This document shows positions 32,774 through 42,981 of a DNA stretch of 64,000 nt, piece by piece (positions within the stretch are counted from its first letter, which is position 1; each line of letters begins with the position of its first letter). Both the position numbers and the translations under genes were made by a program. This DNA comes from Atribacterota bacterium (GTDB lineage Bacteria > Atribacterota > Phoenicimicrobiia > Phoenicimicrobiales > Stramentimicrobiaceae), in NCBI GenBank assembly GCA_040767965.1, contig JAXGNR010000005.1, positions 32,001 to 96,000 on the forward strand. The letters run 5' to 3'. The notes beneath the pieces are model-generated. The model had not been told where the DNA came from, ran no database searches, and saw nothing but the letters and a program-made list of their open reading frames with translations.

Positions 32774-35204
32774 AACATTGACATTGAAGCCTTTTGCGGG
32801 TATCTCAGATCGAACATTACAATTTTCTCCCGGACTTAATATCATTACCGGTCCCAATGAGGCTGGAAAGTCTACTTTGCTTCAGGCCTTAGAGGCAGTT
32901 CTATTCACACCAGTCGAACTAAGCAAAGCTAAATATGAAAAATTAATTAAGAATTATCTACCTGCCAGTGGAGGCAATATTATAAGGGTTTATCTTACTT
33001 TTCAATCTGCTGATAAAGAATTTCACCTGAAAAAAGAATGGAAGGCTGGAGGGAAGGATGGCGTTTGCATTATTAGATCTGAAGTTGACGGAGAATACAC
33101 CGGAGATAAAGAAGTGTCTGAATATTTCAGCCAATATCTGCCCGCAAAAGAAGGAACTATTAAAAATATATTATTAACATGGCAATCGGCTTTAGACAGA
33201 ACAAAGGATGTATTTAATGGCAATGGTCAGGATGTCCGTTCAGATTTAGGGAACATATTGCGTTCTTCCATTATGGAAACTGATGGAGTTTCTGTTGATA
33301 AGTTGAAAGAAAAAATTACCCAGGAATACAAAGATTACTTTGACCATTGGGATATAACAAAAAATGAACCGGAAAACAGAAGAGGCATCAATAACCCTTA
33401 TACAAGAGAAGTCGGGAAAATATTGAAAGCTTATTATGAAAAGGAAAATATTACTAGAGACTATACTCTTGCAGTCCAGATAGAGGAAGAAATTGACAGT
33501 ATAAATGATGAGATAAAAATAAAAGAAGAAAAGCAGGCAGGTATTAAGGATAAACTGACAAAATATGAATCCTTGAAATCTCCATTTATTGAGCGGCAAC
33601 AGATTGAAAGTGAAATAAAAATAATAAGCAATCAGATGGAGAATATAATAGAAAACAGTGAATCATGGACAATACAGGAAAATTGGCTATCCAATAATGC
33701 AGAAATAGAAATACAAAAAATAGAAGAAAGAATAAGTAGACTGGAAAAGGAAAAAGCAGACATACAAACATTTCTTGAACATAAAGGATTTCGGGAAAGA
33801 TTCAAAAAATTAAAAGAATTGTTTAATAATATTAGAAAAGCTGATAATCAACTATCTCAAGTTTTTCCTATAACAAGAGAAGAAATTGATATTTTACAGG
33901 AAAAAAAACAGCAAATTGAAGAAATTAAAAAAATTATTACTGCTTCAAAGTTAAGATTATTATTCAAAGCCAAAAATCTGCAAAAAATTATCACTAAAGA
34001 TACTACCGGATTAGCAGAAGAACATGTGGTTAACAAAGATCAGACTTTTGAAAAAGTGTTTCAAGGTAAATTATCTATAGATCAGCAGGATTGGTCTTTA
34101 GAAGTACAAGCCGGGGAAGGAGAAATAGATGTTTTGCTGGCCAGGAAGGAGAAAACAGAAAAAGAATACCTGGAAAAATTAACGAAAACAGGAGTAAGCA
34201 GCCTGGAAGAGGCTCAATCTGAAAATAGGAAATATGAGCAATATAAAAATGAAATGTATTTTGCCAGACAATCCTTTCAGCAAGAGTTGGGCAATGATAG
34301 TTATGAGAATTTGCAGAAAAAATATGAGGAACTTGCAAAAGAAAATCAGCCTTCATCTCTGGATGCAGATAAAAAAACTATTAACATTACCAATAGTATT
34401 CGCGATTTAAAAGAAATTGAAAAAAAGAAAGATAAATTTGCTGATAATATTAAGAGGTGGCAGGAAGAATACGGGACAAAAAGGGATTTACTGCTGAAGA
34501 TTGGAGAGAATCAATATAAATTAGAAAAAGCACGGGAAAAACTAAAAAATCTTCCTGAATTGCCAGCTGAATTTTCGGATTATAAAAACTTTTTTGATTA
34601 CCTGGATTTATTAAATAGGGAAAAAGAACAATACCGGGAAGATATTTATAATTTACGTGAGCAAAAGAATAAAAAAGAACTGGAAAAGCCTGAGTTTTCC
34701 TCTGAAGAGCTTCTAGCGATGCTTAATGAGGTAAAACAAAAATACCAAAGAATATACCTGGAAGGGGAAGCTATTGCCCTTATTAACAGTAAAACTACTG
34801 AACTGCTTTCTTCTACATTCCAGAATCCATACAAAGAGTTCCAATTGCTTTTTAAGGATTATTTCATGAAGATGTGTGCCGATTCTTTTACCAGTGTAAA
34901 AATGGAAGGAGATTATCCCAGCAGACTGATTAAACCTGATGGATCTGAATTATCTTATGATTTACTTTCATTTGGTACTAAAGATGTATTTTCTTTAGCG
35001 CTACGACTAACCATGGCAAACTATTTTCTGGCAGACAAGGAAGGCTTTCTTGTGCTGGATGACCCTCTAGTGGATATGGATTTTAACAGACAATCACTGG
35101 CTGCCCAACAGATTAATGAATTTGCAAAAACAAAACAGGTTATTTTCTTAACATGCCATAATCATACTGCAGATTTATTAGCTGGTGAGAGGATCATGTT
35201 ATAG
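32763..35204 (+). CDS. SbcC/Rad50-like (YhaN-type) coiled-coil ATPase
   Basis: GPNEAGKSTL Walker A, long coiled coil, LSFGT signature, LVLDDPLVDMD, TCH; overlaps the nuclease gene. Confidence 0.88.
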   Translation: MRIKTLTLKPFAGISDRTLQFSPGLNIITGPNEAGKSTLLQALEAVLFTPVELSKAKYEKLIKNYLPASGGNIIRVYLTFQSADKEFHLKKEWKAGGKDGVCIIRSEVDGEYTGDKEVSEYFSQYLPAKEGTIKNILLTWQSALDRTKDVFNGNGQDVRSDLGNILRSSIMETDGVSVDKLKEKITQEYKDYFDHWDITKNEPENRRGINNPYTREVGKILKAYYEKENITRDYTLAVQIEEEIDSINDEIKIKEEKQAGIKDKLTKYESLKSPFIERQQIESEIKIISNQMENIIENSESWTIQENWLSNNAEIEIQKIEERISRLEKEKADIQTFLEHKGFRERFKKLKELFNNIRKADNQLSQVFPITREEIDILQEKKQQIEEIKKIITASKLRLLFKAKNLQKIITKDTTGLAEEHVVNKDQTFEKVFQGKLSIDQQDWSLEVQAGEGEIDVLLARKEKTEKEYLEKLTKTGVSSLEEAQSENRKYEQYKNEMYFARQSFQQELGNDSYENLQKKYEELAKENQPSSLDADKKTINITNSIRDLKEIEKKKDKFADNIKRWQEEYGTKRDLLLKIGENQYKLEKAREKLKNLPELPAEFSDYKNFFDYLDLLNREKEQYREDIYNLREQKNKKELEKPEFSSEELLAMLNEVKQKYQRIYLEGEAIALINSKTTELLSSTFQNPYKEFQLLFKDYFMKMCADSFTSVKMEGDYPSRLIKPDGSELSYDLLSFGTKDVFSLALRLTMANYFLADKEGFLVLDDPLVDMDFNRQSLAAQQINEFAKTKQVIFLTCHNHTADLLAGERIML

Positions 35205-35312
35205 ACTGTGAAAATCTATAAACTAATTATATGGAAATATTAACTTTCTTATAGTAAAATTATAAAAGTGTGTGAATCATTTTTAAAAAATCCGGAACAT
35301 TAAAATATTAAA

Positions 35313-35388
35313 GGGGGTATAGCTCAGTTGGGAGAGCGCTGCGTTCGCATCGCAGAGGTCAGGGGTTCGAATCCCCTTATCTCCACCA
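35313..35388 (+). tRNA. tRNA-Ala (anticodon CGC)
   Basis: 76 nt cloverleaf; G3:U70 pair; anticodon arm CTGCG-TTCGCAT-CGCAG; GGTTCGAATCC; encoded CCA. Confidence 0.97.
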
Positions 35389-35396
35389 GAAAATTA

Positions 35397-35442
35397 GAAG
35401 GCCAGGTATTTATATGGAAAAAGAAAAATGCCTGACTTTTTT
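35397..35442 (+). terminator. Terminator after tRNA-Ala
   Basis: GAAGGCCAGGTATTT / AAATGCCTGACTTTT imperfect stem plus T-run. Confidence 0.6.
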
Positions 35443-35534
35443 ATTATAGAAAATAAATTCATCTCAAAAAAAACAAGTAAATTACAATTATTTTATTAAT
35501 TCAGATAAAATTTGAAAAAAATAAGGAGATTTAA

Positions 35535-35987
35535 ATTAAAATATTAGCTTGTACAGACGGATCAGAATACAGCAAAAAAGCTTTACAGCAAGCAATGGAA
35601 ATTGCTGATGGATGTAAAGTTAACGAAGTTGTTATTTTACATGTGTATGATAGTAAAATTACCAATATATTGTCTTATTCATCTGAAGTTATAACCCCTG
35701 ATTTGATAACGCAATATCAACAGATGTTAGAAGAAGATAAAAAAAAGAAGGAAAAAATGTTACTTGAGGCAAAAAAAATCTTCCAACAGAGAAATATAAA
35801 AACCCGCACTATATTTAAAGAAGGAATTCCTTCAGAGACAATTATTCAGATTGCCAAGGAAGAAGAAATTGATGTGATAGTAATAAGCAGCAGAGGGCTG
35901 GGAGGGCTGAAAAAGGTATTGTTGGGTAGTGTAAGTAATTCTGTCATACAGGAGGCAGAAAATTGTAGTGTTCTTATTGTAAAGTAA
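35535..35987 (+). CDS. Universal stress protein (UspA family), apparent ATT start
   Basis: In-frame IKILACTDGSEYSKKAL upstream of ATG 35595; AAGGAG 6 nt before ATT 35535; SRGLGGLKKVLLGSVS. Confidence 0.85.
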   Translation: MKILACTDGSEYSKKALQQAMEIADGCKVNEVVILHVYDSKITNILSYSSEVITPDLITQYQQMLEEDKKKKEKMLLEAKKIFQQRNIKTRTIFKEGIPSETIIQIAKEEEIDVIVISSRGLGGLKKVLLGSVSNSVIQEAENCSVLIVK

Positions 35988-36056
35988 AGAATTCGATACA
36001 GGAACCGTAAGAATAATTGATTCAATTTTAATAAAATGAATAAGTATTTACTTTGT

Positions 36057-36086
36057 TGAAGCTTATATATGTGAAGCTTATATATG
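36057..36086 (+). repeat. 15-bp tandem duplication
   Basis: TGAAGCTTATATATG x2. Confidence 0.8.
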
Positions 36087-36122
36087 AAAGTGCATTAAAA
36101 TATAAAAGCTAATGGTTTAAAA

Positions 36123-37229
36123 ATGAAAAAAGAATTAAATAAATATATCAGCAAGAATAAAAATAAGCTGATCAAAATAGCAGAAAAAATATGTAAAATA
36201 CCATCACCTACCGGACAGGAAGGCAAAAAGGCTGTGTTTATTAAGAAAATGCTTGATACTATTAATCCCGGGATTGCCAGAATAGATGAAGCAGGTAATG
36301 TTTTATATAGGCATACCGTTTCACCTGAAAAAAAATACTCTGTTTATGCGGCTCACATTGATACAGTTTTTAAAGATATTAAAGTAATTGAGCCAAAAAT
36401 TATTGCTGATAAAATGTATGCTCCGTCAATTGGGGATAATACTATAAATGTAGCTGCTCTCATATTTATAATAAAAATGATAAAAAAAGGAATCTTTTTT
36501 CCTGATAAAAACATAATATTTGTTTTTAATGTAGGAGAAGAAGGTCTTGGAAATCTTAAAGGGATAAAGTTGATTATAGAGAATTTTCAACAACAGATTG
36601 AAGAGGTTATTGCTGTAGATGGAGAATACTCTTTTGTTTATAATGCTGGAGTTGGGTCAAAAAGGTATTTGGTTAAAATTAAAACACCTGGAGGCCATAG
36701 TTATAGTGACTTTGGCAATGAAAGTGCTATCCGGGTTGCAGCTAAAATAATAGTTGGTATTTACAATATTACTGTTCCAGAAAAGGTCAAAACAACTTAT
36801 AACGTGGGAATAATAAATGGAGGAACTTCCATTAATACAATAGCTCAAGAATGTGAGTTTAATGTCGATTTACGTTCAGAAGAGAGCGATAGTCTTTTAG
36901 AGATAGAGAATAACTTTTTAAATATTTTAAATAATTATCAAAATGATAATACAGTAATTAATTTTGAATTAATTGGAGAACGCCCTTGTGGTTTTATTTC
37001 TATAAAAGACGATCTTGTTCAGAGAATTATTGAAACAAGAAAAGAATTAGGGCTTGAGATTAAGTTTGAATCCGGCAGCACAGATGCTAATTTGCCTTTG
37101 AGTAAGAGTATCCCGGCTATATCTTTTGGGGTATATCTGGGTAAAGGAGCACATACTACAAAAGAGTATATTGACATTAATTCTTTAGAAGTAGGAATAA
37201 AACACCTACTGTATTTTATGTTAAAGTAA
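36123..37229 (+). CDS. M20/M25/M40 family metallo-hydrolase
   Basis: AHIDTVF, IGDN, GEEGLG, GGHS, STDAN, GAHT. Confidence 0.9.
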   Translation: MKKELNKYISKNKNKLIKIAEKICKIPSPTGQEGKKAVFIKKMLDTINPGIARIDEAGNVLYRHTVSPEKKYSVYAAHIDTVFKDIKVIEPKIIADKMYAPSIGDNTINVAALIFIIKMIKKGIFFPDKNIIFVFNVGEEGLGNLKGIKLIIENFQQQIEEVIAVDGEYSFVYNAGVGSKRYLVKIKTPGGHSYSDFGNESAIRVAAKIIVGIYNITVPEKVKTTYNVGIINGGTSINTIAQECEFNVDLRSEESDSLLEIENNFLNILNNYQNDNTVINFELIGERPCGFISIKDDLVQRIIETRKELGLEIKFESGSTDANLPLSKSIPAISFGVYLGKGAHTTKEYIDINSLEVGIKHLLYFMLK

Positions 37230-37257
37230 ACTGATAATTTTTGCTTATTAAATAAAA

Positions 37258-38028
37258 TCAATTGGATGAATTTTGTATAATATTTTCATATTTTTCTTGA
37301 TGGGCAAGATGTAAAATATTCAAAGGGCAATTTTTCACACAGGTGTTACATCTAATGCATTGTTCTTCTTCAAATTTATTATTATTAAATTCCAGGTAAG
37401 GCGTAAGCTGAACTGGACAGACTCTGGCACATTTCCCACATTTAATGCATTTTTCAGGTTTTTCAATAATAATCATTTCATCTGTTTTTCTTGTTAAACC
37501 AAACTTTTTACCAATTTTATAAAAAAACCACTGCATTGTACCCATTGGACAAAATTTACACCAAGTTCTTGGATTTATTATTATTGCCAGGAAACTTCCC
37601 GTAAGCAATACCATAAGATAAATATTAGAAAAAATAAAACCGAGCTTTTCATAAAATTCTGTAGTTCCCATTAGATTATATATTCGAAAAAAACGACTGC
37701 TTAAATTAAAAATAAAAAATATTAAAACAACTGCAATGAAATAACGGGATCCAAATAAGGAAGGTATTTTTTTATTACGGCTGATTTGTAGTGTAATATT
37801 GTCAAAGAAACTGCCATGTGGACAAAAATTTCCACACCAATATTTCCCTTTAAAAAGACTTGTTAAAATCAAAGCTATCATTATAAATGGTACCGCAAGT
37901 CCTAAAAAAGGAATGAATTGCCCAACAACTCCTATGAGTATAGTAAAAATCCATCCAAATCTACTAATAAATGAGAATGATCTGTTTGTTTTCAAATAAT
38001 AATTGTTGTTCTTGTTATTTTTCTCCAT
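37258..38028 (-). CDS. Membrane 4Fe-4S protein (NapH/MauN/YccM-like)
   Basis: WCGNFCPHG and WCKFCPMG motifs plus two CxxCxxCxxxCP ferredoxin motifs; TM helices. Confidence 0.9.
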   Translation of the reverse strand: MEKNNKNNNYYLKTNRSFSFISRFGWIFTILIGVVGQFIPFLGLAVPFIMIALILTSLFKGKYWCGNFCPHGSFFDNITLQISRNKKIPSLFGSRYFIAVVLIFFIFNLSSRFFRIYNLMGTTEFYEKLGFIFSNIYLMVLLTGSFLAIIINPRTWCKFCPMGTMQWFFYKIGKKFGLTRKTDEMIIIEKPEKCIKCGKCARVCPVQLTPYLEFNNNKFEEEQCIRCNTCVKNCPLNILHLAHQEKYENIIQNSSN

Positions 38029-38070
38029 TTCCTACTCCATTTTTAAAATATTATATTATTGCAATCAAAT

Positions 38071-38087
38071 ATACCCCCTAGGGGTAT
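38071..38087. promoter_or_regulatory. CsoR/CstR/RcnR-type operator
   Basis: ATACCCC-CTA-GGGGTAT palindrome between a minus-strand promoter (TTGACA 38117-38122, TATTAT 38095-38100) and the 4Fe-4S gene start. Confidence 0.7.
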
Positions 38088-38138
38088 GACAACTATAATA
38101 ACATTATTTAAAATAATGTCAAATAAAAAAAGAATTAT

Positions 38139-39498
38139 GTCTGTGTCAAATTTTTGTAGGTACTTTTTTCCACTGCCAAAATGTTTATGGTTTAAGGCAG
38201 AGCTACCTTACAGATTTGAAAAGACTATATTAGTTTTAATACACATCAAATACCCTTCTTTTATTTAATTTACAGTCATAAATACGAAATATGCTTTTTT
38301 AAATTTTTTCTATTTAATTACACAAGCTCTAATTGAGATAATTTTTCTAAAACACCTACCTGTGGTTTATCCTGATCTTGTCCATCCGCCGATCTTAGCC
38401 TGGATTACTGAAGAAGAAACTTCTTTGGTAAAAGAAGATGCTGATAAGGGTGGTTTAAGTGGTGTTATCTTGATAGGATGGTTCCTTTTGCCCCACCGTG
38501 AATCCCACTTGCCATTTAGAATGGTTTCTTTTACCTTCAGTAAAGAGAATGCTCCTTTTGCTCCAGCTTCGCCCTGCTTTTTAAAGCGGTTAGCAATGGC
38601 CAGTTTGACATTGGACTCAATCGCTCCTGTTTTAGCGATGTCCTTGTCCTTTAGAGTTGCCTGATTACTGATCCCCTAAAGGTTGTTCGCTATATAGGAG
38701 TAAAAAGTCTGCCAAAAGCTTTTTCTGTTTTGGCTCAGAAGAGACTACCAAGAGATTGTCAATCCCGGCTAGGGCTTCATCAATCCGGTCGGATAAAAGT
38801 AAGCTTCTGATCAGCTTCTGCTGGGTCTTATTGCCCGGAAGAGCTTCCTTGAGGCGTTTGTTCAGGTGAAAACGGCAAAGTAGATAAGTGGCAGAAGGGA
38901 AGTAGTCACGGATTCCGGAGGTGATCCACTTGTCTCCGTTAGACTCATGGCTGCGGGTATGACCCAGTAAAAGCTTGGTTTGGCCTACCACTTCCCGGTA
39001 GGAAGATAAGCTGGCAAGTAAACACTCGGTCATGGCACGGGAAAGGCTGATCCGCTGGTTTTTGATGGTAGAAAGAGCCTCATCCAAACAGGTATTGGGC
39101 TTTACCGGTCTTCTCAAGGTAACGGGTGCGGGAAAAGGAGACATCACTCAAAACGGGTTAAGAAGGTTTTGCTTCTTTTAATTTATATTTTTCAGTTTTC
39201 CACGTCTTCTGTTCTTGCGCAGGTAGTCATCAATATCAGAGAGCACTTTGGCAAGACCATCGTGCAATTTTTTGCATCAGTGTCAAAAGACTGTTCTCCA
39301 GAGTGCTGTGAGATCCCTTATTGGAATTTCTACCTGACCTGGGAAAAGTTATGGTTAATAGCATCAATATCCATAGGTGTAGTCTTACCTCCTATTTAAA
39401 GGATATTTGATGGGTATTTTTAGGTAAGTCTACACCTTTTTTATGTTAGTAAGCAAGTTTAAAGTATCTTTAAGTACCCCAGTAAATTTTACACTAAC
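38139..39498 (-). mobile_element. ISLre2 family insertion sequence, decayed, 1360 bp
   Basis: 27-bp TIRs with 19/27 matches (GTCTGTGTCAAATTT.. / GTTAGTGTAAAATTT..); 9-bp direct repeat AAGAATTAT at 38130-38138 and 39499-39507. Confidence 0.85.
38360..39374 (-). pseudogene. UPF0236/ISLre2 transposase fragments (ends approximate)
   Basis: GDKWITSG...YLLCRFHLNKRL and GAIESNVK.AIANRFKK...NGKWD in different frames, with stops. Confidence 0.75.
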
Positions 39499-39732
39499 AA
39501 GAATTATGTCAATTATATAAACTATTTCCTTTTTTGAAGAACATAATGCAAAAAAATGTTAATTTCTAAATAAAAAAATGGAAAAATATATAAAATAATT
39601 TATTTAACAATCTTTGTTGAAATAATTATAAAAAATAGTTAGTATTTAAATGTATTATTTTTGATGATAATATGTGTTAGATTTAATAATAAGACCTGAG
39701 AATTTATAGCACAAAATTACAGATAAAGGACT

Positions 39733-40386
39733 ATGATGTTTAAATTTATTGAAGTTAAATACAAAAAAATTATTTACATCCCAAAATTGATAATTAAACC
39801 TGGTTTTACTGCATTGTTTGGTCCAAGTGGAAGTGGTAAAACTACTATTTTAAAAATGCTAAATAAAATGATTTCCCCTACTACCGGTAGTATTATCTTT
39901 AATGGGATAGATTTAAAACAAATAAGATCTGTCGAGCATCGCAGGAATGCTATCCTTCTTTCTCAGAGTCCGGTTGTATTTGAAGGAACAATAAAAGACA
40001 ATTTGAACATAGGATTTAAATTCCAGGGAAAAACAAGCCCTGATGACAGGACATTGTCAGAGATGCTTGCTCAAGTCCAATTGAAAAAAGATTTATATGA
40101 ATTAGCAAATCAGTTATCAGGAGGTGAGAAGCAAAGACTTGCCCTGGGAAGATTGCTTTTATTTGATCCTACAGTATATTTATTGGATGAACCAGCAGCA
40201 TCTTTGGATGATAATTCTGAAGATATAATTATAAAAATGGTTTCTGAACAGGTAAAAATTTCTGAAAAATCAGTAATAATGGTTACACATTCCCGGACGG
40301 TGGCTGAAAAATATGCAGATGAAATAATTGAGCTAACAGACGGTAAAATAAAAAACAGCGGAGTTTTATATGCAGGGGATAACTAG
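39733..40386 (+). CDS. fetA: ABC transporter ATP-binding protein (FetA/YbbL-like)
   Basis: GPSGSGKT, LSGGEKQR, LLDEP; coupled to a FetB-type permease. Confidence 0.8.
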   Translation: MMFKFIEVKYKKIIYIPKLIIKPGFTALFGPSGSGKTTILKMLNKMISPTTGSIIFNGIDLKQIRSVEHRRNAILLSQSPVVFEGTIKDNLNIGFKFQGKTSPDDRTLSEMLAQVQLKKDLYELANQLSGGEKQRLALGRLLLFDPTVYLLDEPAASLDDNSEDIIIKMVSEQVKISEKSVIMVTHSRTVAEKYADEIIELTDGKIKNSGVLYAGDN

Positions 40387-41158
40387 TTTGGAAATAGAGC
40401 AAGTAGCATTATCTTATATCTTTGTATTGCTGGTATTGTTCATAATATTTAAGAGGGGAATCAACAGAGAAAAAGATCTTTTTATTGCCTCTATAAGAAT
40501 GACTATTCAGCTTGTACTGGCTGGTTTTTTATTAACTTATATCTTAAATAATCCCAGCCCTGTATTAACAATTAGTTTTATTTTTGCGATGGAATGTTTT
40601 GCTATCAACACGGTATATAAAAGATTTTCCGGTAAATTATCAAAAAAATTAAAATTAATAATTGCTTTTTCCATGGGAGCAGGTACTTTTTCCTGTATTC
40701 TTTATTTTTTATTTGTGGTTATAAGGATTAATCCCTGGTATGACCCTCAATACTTTATTCCTATTGCCGGAATGCTGGTTGGAAATTCCATGACCGGTAT
40801 TTCTCTGGGAATTAAATCTCTCCTGGAGGGAATGAAAAACCAAAAAAGTATAGTAGAGGAAGCTCTTAATTTAGGAGCAACTCCTCAGATGGCTACTAAA
40901 TCAATAGTAGACAGTACCTTTGATGCATCTATTATGCCTACTATAAATTCTATGCTTGGAATGGGTATTGTTTTCTTGCCGGGAATGATGACCGGACAAA
41001 TATTGTCAGGCACATTGCCCACAACTGCTGTAGCATATCAAATAATAATTATGTGTGGTATTTTAGGGGCAGTAGGATTAACAGTTATTTTAATGCTACA
41101 ATTTGGTTATCGAAGCTTTTTTAATGAAGAAGATCAGTTAATTGAAAATAATTTTTAA
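40370..41158 (+). CDS. fetB: Iron export ABC permease (FetB/YbbM, UPF0014)
   Basis: RMTIQL, IPIAGMLVGNSM, LGAT, GIVFLPGMMTGQILSG, AVAYQ. Confidence 0.9.
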   Translation: MQGITSLEIEQVALSYIFVLLVLFIIFKRGINREKDLFIASIRMTIQLVLAGFLLTYILNNPSPVLTISFIFAMECFAINTVYKRFSGKLSKKLKLIIAFSMGAGTFSCILYFLFVVIRINPWYDPQYFIPIAGMLVGNSMTGISLGIKSLLEGMKNQKSIVEEALNLGATPQMATKSIVDSTFDASIMPTINSMLGMGIVFLPGMMTGQILSGTLPTTAVAYQIIIMCGILGAVGLTVILMLQFGYRSFFNEEDQLIENNF

Positions 41159-41530
41159 TTTTTGTTGTTATGCATAACCTTTTTTAAATTAGTCTGTGAA
41201 TTATGCAAAAAGCTACCGACTTGACACATGATTATCCAGGCACTATACAGGCATCCAATAATTATTATTTTATAATAACCCTGATAATATGGTACCACAA
41301 AATATTCCTCACATCTAAAAAGATAATTAAGAAATTATCAATCTTAAAATGAACAGAAATAGTGGAGATTACTAGTAAGTTAATACAAAAATTTTAACTA
41401 ATATGGTACATTTGCATCTTGCTAATCGGATCCTCCTCTAAAAAACGTTTTGAATTTTATAAAAAAACTGTCCAGACCAGAATTGACCTTTTGAATGTGT
41501 AATAAAAAAATATTTAGCCTAGGAAAATAA

Positions 41531-41559
41531 TTGACAAAGAATATCCCACATAATAAAAT
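41531..41559 (+). promoter_or_regulatory. Sigma70 promoter of the hyu operon
   Basis: TTGACA-N17-TAAAAT, 37 nt before the ATG. Confidence 0.65.
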
Positions 41560-41596
41560 ATTTGAAATTTAATATAATGTACAAGGAGATGTAAAA

Positions 41597-42979
41597 ATGG
41601 AAGAGTTACAATTAAACAAAGAAGCTGATTTGGGAGGAGAGGCTATCAATCCCATTCCCTACAGCAAAAGAACAGTAAATCCGGCCACATTATCTGCTAT
41701 TTGGTTTGGAATGGCTGTACAGCTAGCAATTTTTATGGCATCAGGACTAATGTATCCTTCACTATCAGTAAAAAACATTTTCATAGCACTTGTTTTGGCA
41801 AATACTTTGGTAACAGCAATAATATTTTTCACTCAAGACATTGGAATAAAATATGGCATTCCTTTTACCGTATCAACCAGAGCTTCTTTTGGTTATCTGG
41901 GAACCCATTTACCGGCAGTATTGAGAGCTGTACCGGCAGTATTCTGGTTTGGTTTTCAGACCTGGATCGGTTCAATGGCATTAGACGAGCTTAGCAAATT
42001 AATTTTTGGCTGGTCAAATCTAACATTTTATATTATCTTTTTCGGAGTATTGCAAATATTAACAACATTTTATGGGATTAAATTCATTTCACTACTAAAC
42101 TGGATAGGTTCACCAGTTTTATTGTTAATAGGAATTTATATTATTTTTTTATTGTTAAAGGCAAACAACGTTTCCTTGTCTCAGGTTATGAGTATGGGAG
42201 GAGAAGGCGGAGGTATTTCTTTACCGCTGGCGGTGATGGCACTTTTAGGAGGATGGGCTACATTGGCAGTTAGTATCCAGGATATTGTCCGAAATTGTCA
42301 CTACAGCGAAAAAGATGCCCAAAGTACTTATTTAAAAGCTAATGGTAAGTGGTTTGCTGCCCAGTGGATTGGCTGTGTTCCAGCAGGAGTACTATTTGGA
42401 ACAATTGGCGCCATGTCAATGGCATTAACTGGAGAGTGGAACCCAGTTGCCGTAATTGCTAATTTACCAGTACCGAAAACTGCTATTATTGTAGCGCAAT
42501 TTTTTGTTTTTCTAGCTACCTGGACTACTAATCCTGCTGCTAACTTGTTAAATCCATCATATACTCTATGCAATTTATTAAACGGTAAAATTGATTATTT
42601 TAAGAGTGTTATCATTGTAGGATCTCTTGGTTTGATTGCTCAACCATGGAAGGTTTCAGGTAATTTGCTTAATATTATGGGCTTTATTTCAGCTGCATTG
42701 GCTCCCGTTGCTGGAATTTTAATATGTGACTATTTTGTCTTAAGAAATAGAAATCTGAATATAAATGCCTTATACAATTCTCATGCATATTACAAATATG
42801 CAAATGGTATTAATCCTGCCGCTATAATTGCTTATATTATTGGAGTTATTTGCTCAATTCCTTTCTGGGATTATGTTTATATTGTCGGAATTGTGACAGG
42901 TTTTATCAGTTATTATATTTTAATGAAATTCTGGATTGTCAAGATCTATCGTCAACCTGATGTTACAGGGAGCAAATAA
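41597..42979 (+). CDS. hyuP: NCS1 family hydantoin transporter (Mhp1/HyuP-like)
   Basis: AIWFGMAVQLAIF, FWFGFQTW, VMSMGGE, GGW, GEWNPV and ATWTTNPAANLL match Mhp1 as recalled. Confidence 0.85.
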   Translation: MEELQLNKEADLGGEAINPIPYSKRTVNPATLSAIWFGMAVQLAIFMASGLMYPSLSVKNIFIALVLANTLVTAIIFFTQDIGIKYGIPFTVSTRASFGYLGTHLPAVLRAVPAVFWFGFQTWIGSMALDELSKLIFGWSNLTFYIIFFGVLQILTTFYGIKFISLLNWIGSPVLLLIGIYIIFLLLKANNVSLSQVMSMGGEGGGISLPLAVMALLGGWATLAVSIQDIVRNCHYSEKDAQSTYLKANGKWFAAQWIGCVPAGVLFGTIGAMSMALTGEWNPVAVIANLPVPKTAIIVAQFFVFLATWTTNPAANLLNPSYTLCNLLNGKIDYFKSVIIVGSLGLIAQPWKVSGNLLNIMGFISAALAPVAGILICDYFVLRNRNLNINALYNSHAYYKYANGINPAAIIAYIIGVICSIPFWDYVYIVGIVTGFISYYILMKFWIVKIYRQPDVTGSK

Positions 42980-42981
42980 CA

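Noticed and set aside
38059-39399. Plus-strand ORFs 38059-38268, 38362-38664 and 39169-39399
   Set aside because: They span the operator/IS end or are antisense to transposase fragments
35313-39498. Integrative element at tRNA-Ala
   Set aside because: No integrase, and no duplicated tRNA 3' end seen in the window
41271-41310. Purine-riboswitch-like TATAA...ATAATATGG upstream of the NCS1 transporter
   Set aside because: P2 cannot pair (CCCTGA has no partner), the TTTCTACC and P3/CCGTAAA elements are missing, and it lies upstream of the likely promoter
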